DNA of 63,121 bases, counting the filler, from Rhabdomonas costata (lineage: Eukaryota): NCBI GenBank assembly GCA_019059605.1. It is 57 parts of 57 records of this genome, joined end to end, with 100 filler letters (N's around TTAATTAATTAA, not from the genome) between each part and the next. Parts side by side here need not be neighbours in the genome. Positions count along the whole stretch, not along the records: positions 47,701 to 48,709 come from JAHMHO010033818.1; positions 48,810 to 49,816 come from JAHMHO010033819.1; positions 49,917 to 50,922 come from JAHMHO010033820.1; positions 51,023 to 52,031 come from JAHMHO010033821.1; positions 52,132 to 53,140 come from JAHMHO010033822.1; positions 53,241 to 54,249 come from JAHMHO010033823.1; positions 54,350 to 55,358 come from JAHMHO010033824.1; positions 55,459 to 56,467 come from JAHMHO010033825.1; 49 more parts are not named here. One strand, written 5' to 3'. A model generated the notes under the pieces. It saw nothing but the letters and a program-made list of their open reading frames with translations, searched no databases and had not been told where the DNA came from. Positions 48,136 through 60,362 of the stretch are shown here, piece by piece. Within the stretch, counting starts at the first letter, position 1. Each line of letters begins with the position of its first letter. Position numbers and translations under genes: made by a program.

Positions 48136-49916
48136 AAGGCACGAGCTGAGGCAGACGGACTGATGAAAATAGTTGATCAACCTCATCAGTGGGACGCCCT
48201 TCGACCTTCGGCGAGCGCAACGTTCGGCTTTAAATGAATGATGAATGGCACGAAGCGTGTTGCAGAGGCATGCAGGAGCAATAGACCTGCTCTCCATGCT
48301 CTCCAGTACATCTCGATTCCAAGAGATGGGTGAAAAAATTCATGCGGAAGCTTGGCATTGCAAACTGTCACGCCAACACCACAAAGATCTCTTTTTAAAT
48401 GATTCCAAAGTGTCCTGGGGATTTTTCGGCGTTGCTTTGCACATTCTTCAACAGTTGAGAATCTTCTAAAACGCCTCATCGCTCTCTGCCTTTAATCAGC
48501 CGTGGGGCACCAACAGCATCAGTGCAGAAAGAACAAACAACGGAGGAATGTAGAGACTCACACGGAGAGTGAGATAACTTAAGAGACAGACGTGAAGCTT
48601 GGGCCGAGCGGTTGCACAACTGGGGAGGAATTCCCGGCGAGGGTCCAGAGGGTAAGAGAATCCACAACTGACCACAGCCGCCGAACTCCTGACCCGGGGT
48701 TTCTTCACCNNNNNNNNNNNNNNNNNNNNNNNNNNNNNNNNNNNNNNNNNNNNTTAATTAATTAANNNNNNNNNNNNNNNNNNNNNNNNNNNNNNNNNNN
48801 NNNNNNNNNTGTGTGTGAGGGTTCAGCACGAAGCAGCGGAAGCACAGAAGCACAAAAGGGCCGAATCTACGAGAGGGGCGGCTTCTGGGAGAGGCGCGCG
48901 GGCAGACGAAAAACAGGCGCACGGAGGCGCAGGGCCGGGGGGCGGGGGTCGCGCGAAAAGATGGGCGAGATCGGTGGTGAGCCTTTGGTCTTGTCTATCG
49001 CGCTTTGGACCGGCGCTCCAAAAGAGGTCTTTACCACACCCTTTTCCCTGCTGCCGTGGTGTTCGGTCGCCCATTTTAGCGCTGAAAAGTGTTGCTTCAC
49101 TCCCGCTTCTTCCCGGGCGCCTGCGATTGCTATGGTATATTGGCATTTTTAATATTTCTTCTTAAATAACGATTTAGGCATTTTCGGTCTCAATCGACCC
49201 CCCGGGGCAATGCTGTGTAGCGCCGCAGAGTTCACAAGGGTAAGGGAGAGCACGTTTAGCCAGTTCGTGTGGCGTACCCTTTACACGCGAAGGGCATGAG
49301 AAAGGGAAAGACACAAAGCACGTTGTGGGTGCAGGTCGGTTAACAACTTAAACAGTTTGCCTTACCGGAGCGCAAATAGCAGGAATCTCTTGGACAACAA
49401 GAGCGGAGATCGAAGACAAGGGTGCCGCCCCAGGGTTTCTTGCCACAGTGTGGCCTGGTGGGGTAGGAAACAGAGTTTCTTTTGTGTCCGCGTTTTCTGA
49501 GCTCAAGCCTGGGACACGAGGGGCAATAGGAGGGTCCTGATATGCCATATGGTGATCCAGCACCACACCTCTTACAGCAGTGCTCTGGGACGCGCGCGTA
49601 CAGCCACAGGCGCCTTAGGACAACTCTTCATCATTTCATCATTTCATCATTTAATTTAACGACAAACAAAAAGCAGCACAAAAACTACACATCCGTCCCT
49701 GAGTCAAAGAAGACAGAGCACGGAGTGGAGACCTCCGAGAGAGCGGAGAGAGATGGTTTCATATGTTGTGGGTGAGACGCCTGGTGCAGGAGTTTCACGG
49801 TGGGGTGGCGGGCTGGNNNNNNNNNNNNNNNNNNNNNNNNNNNNNNNNNNNNNNNNNNNNTTAATTAATTAANNNNNNNNNNNNNNNNNNNNNNNNNNNN
49901 NNNNNNNNNNNNNNNN

Positions 49917-50906
49917 TTTTGGGGGTCTCAGCCCGGCAGATACGCAGCTGTGGGCGGTGGGCATGCTGCAGTTGCCGAGGAGGGTGCTTCCCTGAGACAA
50001 GGGCACAGATGTACACCGAAGAAGAGTCGGTGCCGGTGGGCAAAGGTTGGTCACAGGTCGTCAGAGCAGACATACATATACCAAGGGCAGGGTTCACATC
50101 GCTCGGATTCAGATATGCAATGGCCTGAGCCGCGTCCCAGACTCCGAGATCACCAAAAACTGCTGAAAATCAGGCATAGCCACTGTGGGCTGATGAGGTC
50201 AGTACGCCCTGGGGACTATCTCGGCAGGTGCAAGTAAAGCAACATGGGGGCTTTCCCTGTGGACGTGCCGGACTTGTGGTCCGAGGCCAGTGGGTGCCCA
50301 GTGCAACCAACAAGAGATGGCTTTATGAAGCCAGCATGTCATATCAAAGGGCGGTTGTCATCTCAAACCAGAGTCGTTCTGACATCCATTAACGCAAAGA
50401 AGACACCAGGAAACCCTGCCTGCCTCATCCCCTCCCCTACCCCTCTATCTCGCAAACCTCTCCACCAATTCGAAGCTGCCCTTCGTGCAGTGCGCACAGG
50501 AGCACCCCCGCGGCCCAGGAGTCTGCCTGTGGGGTGGCACGGCGCCCGCCTTCTGGGGGAACGAAGGGATCTTCCGCCACCTCCAGAGGGGAAAGGGCTA
50601 GCCCACACACCACAAGGCGGGGCTGTGTGGAGCAAAGACAGGCAGCTTAAACCCCACCCAGAAGATCCTGCCTGCAGCTTGTGAAGCTTGTGAAGGTCGC
50701 GGGAACTCCTCACAGAAAGTAGAGAAGAATGGAGCAATAACGGGAGCTGAGGCCGGAAAACCAAGCCGAGGACAGAGTCGGCAATACCCCGAGGTGAGTG
50801 GATCGAAGGTGGAGGTGGTGGCTTCGGAAACTTCCGCGCAGAAACTGCGCGTCGTTGAGCTCTTGCACGGCAGCCACAAACTGCCGCAGCACGTGCCACG
50901 CCGTGG
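49917..50906 (-). CDS. Protein-kinase-fold pseudokinase; exons 50906-50742, 50597-50466, 50162-50082, 49991-49917
   Basis: AWHVLRQFVAAVQELNDAQFLRGSFRSHHLHL...AWFSGLS...DPFVPPEGGRRATPQADSWAAGVLLCALHEG...FGDLGVWD; three phase-1 GT-AG joins. Confidence 0.7.
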
Positions 50907-52186
50907 CTGGCGGTGAAAACAANNNNNNNNNNNNNNNNNNNNNNNNNNNNNNNNNNNNNNNNNNNNTTAATTAATTAANNNNNNNNNNNNNNNNNNNNNN
51001 NNNNNNNNNNNNNNNNNNNNNNTGTGGTGGGGTGGAACTAGCGCGGAAACAGGCCATGCTTTGAGGAGTCACCAACCAAGGCACACACACAGCAATAGAC
51101 AGTAATTTACAGCACCCCCTGCTGTCCATCGCCCCCACTCCCGCGGCAGGGGCACAGAGTGGGAGACTTCACTTGAAAAAAGTACCCGCCACACACAGTT
51201 CACAGCAGCTTAGTCGCCTGGGACGGGCAAGGGCTCCCCTGTGCACAGCGCGATAAAAACAAGAAGTGAAAAAAAAGGAAGGAAAACGGACGTCAAAACA
51301 TTTCAGAAAGAAGCAAAATTCTCACCCCAGCCCGTCTTTCAGGCTGCCGTGGGGAGAACTCTGGGATGCTCCCCCGAGTCGCTTCGGCTCTTGCGCAGAA
51401 TGAGGTTGGCTGCAGCGTTGTCAACTTGAGATTATAAACGGCTTCTCAAGAACGGCATAGGGGAGATTTGCATCCGGGCGCATGGCCGCACAGGACGGAG
51501 CAAGGGGGTTATGTCGCGCGCGTGCTTACCCTTGTAATCGCGGACCAACGGACACAGAGCTCATTGCATACAGATAGGTGAAGCAACCCGTGCAGGAAGC
51601 ACCTGTTCGGCAGACTGCCTCAAGGTCTTGACGAAGGCTTGAGATCAAAACCACGTCTGCGCAGGAGCAGACATAGTTCAGCAACTCACCCCACATACAT
51701 ACACGGACCCATCCGCCGGCCATCTCTCTGACCCCTCCTGGCATGTTTGTTTCGCGAGCATCTGCCACCCGCCCCACCCCACCCCACAAATGCCAGCAAT
51801 GGTAAAGCTACTCACAATCGCACCTCAGAACTATGTGGTTGTTCGCCAGTTCAAAAGGTACCCGGTTGCACATCACGAATGCAAGAAAAGAACGTCTTCA
51901 CCCTTCACTCTGCATGCCCTTCATCCACCTGTCCGTCGCCAAACCATACCTGGCCCCTGCTGCGGGCTACCCTCATCTCACCCTCATTACAGGCAATATT
52001 GGTGCGGATGGCCCCAGTGACAGGCAAACCCNNNNNNNNNNNNNNNNNNNNNNNNNNNNNNNNNNNNNNNNNNNNTTAATTAATTAANNNNNNNNNNNNN
52101 NNNNNNNNNNNNNNNNNNNNNNNNNNNNNNNGGTTTTGTGTACGCCTGTGTCGAGCAACAGGTGTGTGCCTATGGGGTGCTCTCAG

Positions 52187-52293
52187 ACGTGACATCTCGG
52201 GATTCCTTTGAGAGCTTGCATCGGTACCTGATGCTTCTGCAGCCCTGCGGTAACCCTGAGTTGGTGATGGTCATTGGCACGAAATGCGACCTG
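52187..52293 (+). CDS. Rab-like small GTPase exon (G4 region)
   Basis: ctcag| DVTSRDSFESLHRYL...VMVIGTKCDL |gtgcgt. Confidence 0.85.
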
Positions 52294-52937
52294 GTGCGTT
52301 GATGAGTTCATGCCAGCCTGTCCCTCTTAATCTTCAAATGAGTTTCACTGGGGTGGCCCTCAACGTACGCATCATACCCGTTCTTTCGCAGTTTTCGACC
52401 CCTCATTTCTTTTTGGGGAAGGAAAAGTGGGTTTATATTTACTCCTTTGGTTGTTTCTGTGCACCTGGTATGTGCCTTTTGCGCATATGTGTGGAAACAC
52501 GTCAACGTTTTCCATAATGGAATTGAACAACCCTCCTCCCCCTTGTCGTGGGGTCGTTGCAAAACGGTCCAACAATGATAAGGGGGAGGGGGGCCAAAAT
52601 CCTTGGTTGTTCAAAGTATTTTGGAAAACATTGTCTGGGTGACGGCTTGCAGGAGCATAGAATGAGCAGGAAGAAGAGTCATGCGCATATCAAAAAGAGC
52701 AGATCTATAACACACTTCAAAATGTACACTCTAGACCCCAGAGAAAGCACTCTAATGAGGTATGGGGTGTTGTTTTCGGATGCAATAGTGCACTTTTGTT
52801 TCCTGCGTGGTGTGTTTTGATGCTTTTTGCGGTGCTTTTCAGCACAGCTACGCTGTATTATTGGTTACACGGGACACGTTTTAACGTGTCGAAGGCCTTT
52901 TAGCGGCATAAATGTTGATTTTTTCAGGCTTGTTTGA

Positions 52938-53136
52938 TAGGTGAGGCATTCTAGGCCTGTTTTCGCACGATACTCAGCTCATTTTGCACCATGCCCAACA
53001 CATTTTATACGGTGCCCAACACATTGCCCTTTATTTTTGACGATGCCCAGCATTAATATATAGGTCTAATAATAATCGGGAGGTTTAAGTGCTCGGAATC
53101 CGCCGTTGCGAAAACAGGCCTAGAATGCCTCACCTA
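52938..53136. mobile_element. MITE-like element or fold-back: perfect 30-bp inverted repeats (52938-52967 / 53107-53136)
   Basis: TAggtgaggcattctaggcctgttttcgca...tgcgaaaacaggcctagaatgcctcaccTA; internal tgcccaacacatt x2 plus tgcccagcatt. Confidence 0.5.
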
Positions 53137-53824
53137 CCAANNNNNNNNNNNNNNNNNNNNNNNNNNNNNNNNNNNNNNNNNNNNTTAATTAATTAANNNN
53201 NNNNNNNNNNNNNNNNNNNNNNNNNNNNNNNNNNNNNNNNGTTGGTTTGGATTAACGTCAGGTCATAATATTGTCCCTTCCCCAACGCTCCCTGCCGACA
53301 CGCATTGCGAGAAAGTGCCTGTTTTCGGGTGCTATTCCCCGAGGACTTTGGCGTCCTCCTTGTCTTTTCTCTCTCTCTCTCTCTCACGTTGCGCGTTGCG
53401 TCGTATTGCTTGCGTGCATCTCTGCGAGACGAACTGGCGCACGGCTGGGGCTGCGCGTGTCTGCCAGAAATGGAGCTGTGAATGCAATTGTGGTGATGCG
53501 CGGGCCGTTCTCGGGGTCTGAACTATTTGTGCATTAGACGTTCTGGGTGTTTTCACAATAGCCGGACGGGTTTCTGTATTCTCTGCCTCTTTTGTTTGCT
53601 TTTGGAATCTGGGTCCTGCAACTCAGCAGCGGCTCTGTACAGGCGAGCTAGTATTTTACTCAACTCAGCCGAATACTGAATGCTGATATGCGCTTCCATG
53701 GTTGGCTTGAGTTTGACTTTGCCCTGTGGTTGTCAGGATATAGGCTCTTGAACGTTTTTGAACGTGCTTCAGTCATTGGCGGCCGGCAAAGCCTCGCCTC
53801 ACAACTGTGGGTATCTCAAGCCAC

Positions 53825-54185
53825 CTGTCTGGCCTGCACCAACCGCCGTGCCACCGCGCAGGCCACAGCATAATCATCGCCGCCCAAGCCTCGGCCGCCA
53901 CCTCGCGAAAACCATCGCCCGTTTGCAGGGCCAGCTTACAGAATGAAAAATTGCAAACTCCTATAATCACCGCTGTCCCGTCATTGTCAGTCACAGGTCT
54001 GCCTCTCAGGGGTTTGTCGGGAGAAGTACCTGGGCACTGGCACCGGTGTTCAATTTGGGGCTGCTCTCTTCGGGGGATGAAGCAGACTCGCTCCGCTTCC
54101 AGGTTGACTCTTTCCTTGCTATGGGAGAGAACTGCATACGGATACGAACCAGCTCCAGTTGTCCTGGGCGCTATCTCGGCATCAC
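53825..54185 (-). CDS. Two phase-compatible exons of unknown protein (54185-54030; 53934-53825)
   Basis: cacag| ...CQCP |gtactt; gtaag| AGPANGRW...VARRLVQARQ |gtggct. Confidence 0.3.
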
Positions 54186-54349
54186 CTGTGAGACTTAGGC
54201 GGGCTCCTCCCAGCCCCCAGCCATGCGCCCGCATGTCTACCCAAACAAANNNNNNNNNNNNNNNNNNNNNNNNNNNNNNNNNNNNNNNNNNNNTTAATTA
54301 ATTAANNNNNNNNNNNNNNNNNNNNNNNNNNNNNNNNNNNNNNNNNNNN

Positions 54350-55358
54350 GGGGAAGAACGAGGAAGTTGCAAATGCGTGCATTCCCCCACACTCAATCTG
54401 ATTGCGGCTAACATCCAAGGAAGTAAGGTTGGGGAAGAAAGGAGAGTTTGCAAGTGCTCGCATTCCCGCAGACCCAATCTGACTACCGCTCGCATTCAAG
54501 GAATTAAGTTTGGGGAAAAAAGGAGAGTTTGCAAGTGCTTGCAATCCTGCACACTCAATCTGACTGACACTCACATCCAAGAAGGAGAGGTTCGGGTAGA
54601 ACGTGGAAGCTGCAAGAGCTTGCATTCCTGAACACCCAACCTGATTGACGCTCACGTTCAAGGTGCAAAGCTTGGAGAAGAAAGCGGAAGCTGCAAGCGC
54701 AAGCGTACCCTCTGAACCGATTTCATTAAAGGTCACATCCAAAAAGGTAAGGCTGGGGAAGAAAGAGGAAGCTGCAAGTGCTTGCATTCCTGCAGACCCG
54801 AACTGGTTGCCACACAATCGCAAGGAGCTAAGATTGAAGAAGAAAGTGGAAGCTGCAAGTGCTATCACTCCTGCATCGTCGACCTGATTGTCCGTCACAT
54901 CCAAGAAGGTAAGCCTGGGGAAGAACGAGGAAGCTGCAAATGCTTGCATTCCCCCACACCCGATTTGATTGCGGCTCACATCCAAGGAGGAAACGAAGGG
55001 GAAGAAAGGAGAGGCAGCAAGTGCCTGCATTCCCGCCGAACTGATCAGACTGGCGCTCACGTTCAAGGAGTTGAGCTCGGAAAAGAAAGAGGAAGCTGCA
55101 AATACATGCATTCCCGTATCGCCCGTCCGATTCCCGCTAACGTTCAAGGAGTTGAGCGTGGGGAAGAAAGAGGAAACTGCAAGCGCTTGAATTCCCCCAC
55201 ACTCGATCTCATTGGCGCTGGCAAACAAGGAGTTGAGTTTGGGAAAGAACGGGGAAGCTGCAAGTGCTTGCATCCCCGCATTCCCGATCATACTTCCGGA
55301 GACATCTAAGAACGTGAGGTTGAGGAAGAAAGAAGAGGCGGCAAGTGCTTGCATTCCC
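54350..55358 (-). CDS. Leucine-rich-repeat protein, 12 full 27-aa (81-bp) repeats plus a partial one, open at both ends
   Basis: Consensus MQALAASxFFPxLxxLDVSxNQIGxxG; uninterrupted frame over the whole contig. Confidence 0.95.
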
Positions 55359-57056
55359 NNNNNNNNNNNNNNNNNNNNNNNNNNNNNNNNNNNNNNNNNN
55401 NNTTAATTAATTAANNNNNNNNNNNNNNNNNNNNNNNNNNNNNNNNNNNNNNNNNNNNAGTGTGATTCCTTGTCTTGCCTTGCCTTTTGGTGGGTGCCCT
55501 TTGGCCTCGTGGTCCAGCGCTCCGTGCCTCTTTGTGAATTCCAAGCTTCCACGCTTGGCCTCTTTTCGACTTGCCCTCTGCTCGTCCCCCTCGCTTCGTC
55601 GCAGAACTGGCGCATCGCTGTTTTCCGACGAAAAGGGTGGGTGATTGGTGAGGGGGGAAGTGGCAGTAACATCCCCTGAGCGGATTGTACTGGGGGGTGG
55701 GTTTCGAGAGGGTGCAGAGTATGTTTGTGCGGATGCATGTTTTTTTGCCACGAGTTTTTCCCGTGTGATGCAGCTATGCAGTGAATTCAGTGCATTTGTC
55801 TTTTCACTCATCATTCATGCCACACCTCTGCATGCAATTTACATCAGGCAAGCTGCCCGACTGCACCTGATAATGGCAAAAGGCTGTTTGCTGCGCCAAA
55901 GCTGCCCGCTGCTGCATGTAGCTGGTGTTCATTGTGAGGCTCTTTGCTGGCATACAAAATCAAGGAGGTGCCAGTGTTCTGCCTGTCTCAGCAGATGTTC
56001 ACAAATCCCATCTGTAGGTGTGGGTTAAACAGTTGCTTTCGGGGATCTGGAACGAATGATAAATGAGCATTCGTAACTCAATTATGGATGCATGATTCGG
56101 ACAAAATCTTCGGATTGCGGTTTGACACCCCGTATGTGCGGGCATGCCCATGAAGCGTGAAGTACTCAAAAAAATCTTTGGAATGGTTATTATCCCTAAA
56201 ACACAAGTCACGCGAATATGCGAGTACCGCAATGCATTTGCAGAAGAACGACCCGAAACAAAACCCAAGAAAACCACCCAGTAATTCGTTGCTTTCCCGC
56301 TTGAAAATGGGTGTCAAGTATTTCGCACTGGTTTCCAGCCCGCGTACCAAGCAGATTTCAATTCTTATCAACGCCGAATTACAAAAAGTGGTCATGATAA
56401 TCTTTCGGATCGGTGTTTTACCCATCCAAAATTACTCTTGTTATGGTTAAAAATCGTCCCACCCACANNNNNNNNNNNNNNNNNNNNNNNNNNNNNNNNN
56501 NNNNNNNNNNNTTAATTAATTAANNNNNNNNNNNNNNNNNNNNNNNNNNNNNNNNNNNNNNNNNNNNCCGCAGGTTTTCAAAGCACCCTGCAAGGAATTG
56601 GGTTGGCAAAACCAAGGCGTGGCTGACCGAACGAAAAAGGTTTCGACAACAACTTTTTATTTTGGGGGGGGGGATTAAGATTTTGCCATATTTTCGACAT
56701 GTGCACGATCCGAAGCTGAAAACAATTTCTGTCGAGCTATGCCCACCATGTTGTTCCTTTCTATACTTTGGGTGTCTCTTCCTTCCAGACGCATGTGGTC
56801 GCCCCTCACAGTGTCACAGTGGCGAGCAGGGGGCCGGTGCTGGGGGTGGGGGCCTGGCAACCGTTGCTATTTTACAATTTGTAACCGTAGTCACTGATAA
56901 CACATCAAAAAGTCGTTAGGGAACCCTCAGGCCACGTTCGAGCACCACCCCGACACTCTGGCTGTGCCGCGGACTGGCATTTGCGGCCATCCGCGTCGCT
57001 GCTCGAATACACTTGGTTAACGCTATCCCACTCGTGCGCGGCAAACAGATCTGTCC

Positions 57057-57406
57057 TTAGCCACCATCAGTATTAACGTCCAAACCATAAACATAAGCAC
57101 TTGCGCAGAAGACATCATCCACTTGCACAAAAAAACTCATTTCGAGGGTGCTGGCATCAGTTACCTGCAAAAATACAGTGTGTGTGACCACCTCCCACCC
57201 CAAAAACGACAATTCCTTGTTAACTCGTGGGGGCGGTTAGCCTCGCCTATTCATCCGGCTTCCCAGTAAAGTCAACATTCAAGGGCATGTTTTAGGCTGA
57301 GGCATTGCTGCAACGGCGTTCCCCACCCGTCCGTCTGGCACACCAGCATCCACGAACCAACTGAGCATCGTCTGCTCCGTGAACCCCTCGTGGAAGTAGT
57401 TCGCAG
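57057..57406 (-). CDS. Possible C-terminal exons of a SAM-methyltransferase-like protein (57406-57327; 57164-)
   Basis: atatag| ANYFHEGFTEQTMLSWFVDAGVPDGR |gtgggg then ttgcag| VTDASTLEM; HxGF...L.SWF..AG pattern. Confidence 0.3.
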
Positions 57407-59468
57407 CTATATAACATAAAGGCACAAAAAAGACGGCCGAAACAGCACTGTTAGCTGTGCCTTCCCCTCCTTACCAAAGTAACTCAACCGATCCGCAATT
57501 CCAACAAACGCAGACGTCGGCTCAAGACCACGCGCTCACGGGGGCCTGACACACTTGATGCCTTTCCAAAAAAAAANNNNNNNNNNNNNNNNNNNNNNNN
57601 NNNNNNNNNNNNNNNNNNNNTTAATTAATTAANNNNNNNNNNNNNNNNNNNNNNNNNNNNNNNNNNNNNNNNNNNNGTTTTTGTTGGCGGTCTGTTTGAG
57701 CTAGACAGGGGGTGGGAGGGAATGTTTAAATTGAGCGACAGCAGGAAAGTCCACTAATTATGATAACCCGTGGTTTTTCAGCTTGGCTGTAAAATTTTGG
57801 CAAAATCCCTCTCGTTTTAATCTCTTGGTCAGGCGATTATTTGGATGTCAGAGATACTAAGGTCGTGGGGGCATTGGGGGGGGGCGTATTTATGGGCTTC
57901 TCCCCCGTTGCTACTTGCCCTGTGGGTTCTGAATGTTTTGGGCATGGTCTTTCTCAACCAAAGGCGCCGCAGTGCTGGATTCCCTATTTCAAGCGCCCAC
58001 GGCCCGTCAACCTTTTAAGGGTTGGAGCGGTGCGGCTGAAGAAGTTCTGTATAGCACCCTTGTCGTGTCGTGCATCCATGTCCCGTGCCCAGTATCTAGT
58101 CTCCTTGTTACTCGCGCGTGCTTGCACAAACTCGCACACAAACACAATTACCAAGAACGGGCCCTCCCATCCAGGGAGAGGGAGGGATTCACACAGAGAG
58201 GAGGAAACTGCGCCCAATTCACAAACGCAATCAGTACGTCTCTCTCTTCTGCGCTTCTGGTTGTTTTGCTTCCACGCACAAAGGGGCCACAATCCGCTTC
58301 TCTTGGGAGCCCACGCGCCCCCATCCTCCGGTGGTAGCCGTGGCATTGCTGCGTTCCTTGCATGTGTGTGCATTTGCGTCAGCTCGGGTCGGCCAGGGAG
58401 CTCTGTGTCACTCTTCGGACGTGTCTACGCCGAGTACGCATGTGTTGATAAACTCTCCTCGGGTCCCCCACACACACAGACACAACGGGTGTTACCTAGC
58501 AGGCAGCAACCCCTGGAATGGCACCAGCACTGCTTGCTGCGTTTACTGGTGGGGTGGATGGGCGCCTTTTTCTTCTCTGCGAAAGATGGCGTGCGTCCGG
58601 GCGTCCGTCCATCTGCTTGCCCAATTGCCCCCACTTCAGTTCTATTTTGCAGTTTAAACTTCGACGCCAACCTGGGCGTGCGCGCNNNNNNNNNNNNNNN
58701 NNNNNNNNNNNNNNNNNNNNNNNNNNNNNTTAATTAATTAANNNNNNNNNNNNNNNNNNNNNNNNNNNNNNNNNNNNNNNNNNNNGTTGTGGGTGAGCTT
58801 TCGCCAGTGTTCACGTTCACTTGGAATCGGAAAGAACGGTGAGAGATCCGCAGGTGGCAAATGCAATAAAAACTCCTGACTCGGTCTTGCTGGAAGTTTC
58901 ACGACCCCTGGTTGCATCACTACCTAACCTAACCTAATTTTGACCTCACGCTATAGAATGGGTGTTTTTTGGAGCCTTTTTCACCTTTGGGCCAATGAGG
59001 GTTTTAAAGGTCCTGCTCTGCACAGTCGACCATTGCATGACCGGATTTTTGGTTTGAGCTTTCGGTCCATATCATTGGCACAACCCAATGATTAGACTAT
59101 CTGATGATTCCACCAGATCGCACCAGACCATTTGGAATTGTTTTGTTGGCAACTGTCCTTGGGCCTTCCAAGGCGCGACTTTTTGAGCCTGCAAGAAAAG
59201 GAATTCAACTTGGTTGAGGCAGCCCATAGGCAGCTCCTCTGGTGTGCCTGGGGCCATTATAACCATCGGGATGAAATCTGAAATGCGAACTTGTCAATCT
59301 CATTTGAACGGTTGGCACCCAACGGTATATACCCCTTTCGTCGTGCTTCGATTCGAGCTTCCGCTGGCAACCTTTGAGCCCCTGTCAGAGGTGTTACCAA
59401 CCAGTGCGTAGTCGATTGGCAAGGGTCGGCCCCGAACTGGCGATTCAGGCGGTGCATATTACTTACAG

Positions 59469-59726
59469 ATGGAAGAGCTGAAGAGCGGGCAGTGGTACCG
59501 CTGGACGGGAGGCACACAGCGTCCGTCGGGGTGGAACCCCGAATGGAAGGTGGATTTTCTGCTGGATGGCCAGCCGCACCAGGTCAAGGAGGGCAGTGGC
59601 GAGCGGGCATCCTTCTTCGACTCCCCAGATCCCAACTGCTTGTGGAACTTCAGAGGGTTCATGGACAAGTTTGCGCATGCTTCTGCCCCCAAGGTTCTCC
59701 CACTGCGATTCCCAAGCAAGTTCTGA
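59469..59726 (+). CDS. Trp/Gly-rich unknown domain (exon or short ORF)
   Basis: ttacag|ATG; GQWYRWTGGTQRPSGWNPEWKVDFLLDGQPH...ASFFDSPDPNCLWNF; GC3-rich. Confidence 0.5.
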   Translation: MEELKSGQWYRWTGGTQRPSGWNPEWKVDFLLDGQPHQVKEGSGERASFFDSPDPNCLWNFRGFMDKFAHASAPKVLPLRFPSKF

Positions 59727-59894
59727 TAGACCGAGAATGCGGTCCTTCGGCGCCACTAGCTGTTGAAACATCCTCGTCCTTATTTTTTGACCGANNNNNN
59801 NNNNNNNNNNNNNNNNNNNNNNNNNNNNNNNNNNNNNNTTAATTAATTAANNNNNNNNNNNNNNNNNNNNNNNNNNNNNNNNNNNNNNNNNNNN

Positions 59895-60362
59895 CTCGTT
59901 CTTTCGCCCAATAAAAGGTGCGGTTGTACTTGCTGTCGGCCAACACAAAGTTGGAAGCGTCTCCCAGACATATGCTCACTTCCTCCAACTGATCTTTCGA
60001 AAGTGGAGGGGATTCCCTGAGATCAAAAACAAAGTCCCCTGTTGTTTTCTTGTCTTCGTGCGCGCTTGCATGTGTGGATCACACACTTCAGAAAAAGCAC
60101 GTCGGAGCAATACTCTTTCACAAAGCCCTCGGGATATCCACATATTTTCAATTTAACCTGAACATCAACACAAAACACGCCTTGAGGTCAGCTCAAGGAG
60201 CTTCTCCAAAACAGCTTTTCCCAGCCTGTGACAGCGGTCGGCCTTTTTAGGGTCTTTGGCAAAGCACACTTTGATGTCTTTTCGGTCAGGGTAGACTCTG
60301 CGGATGTGCAAATGTTCCCGGTCAAGAACCGGGCAAGACGCTTCAGACATTGAGAAAAAATG
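59895..60362 (-). CDS. Two exons of unknown protein (60362-60181; 60016-59895) joined by a GC-AG intron
   Basis: ...LEKLLELTS AG|gcgtgt...tctcag|G ESPPLSKDQLEEVSICLG...; frame conserved. Confidence 0.55.

Noticed and set aside
57841-58737. 298-aa ORF
   Set aside because: No domain signal, non-ATG start, and composition typical of GC-rich non-coding open frames
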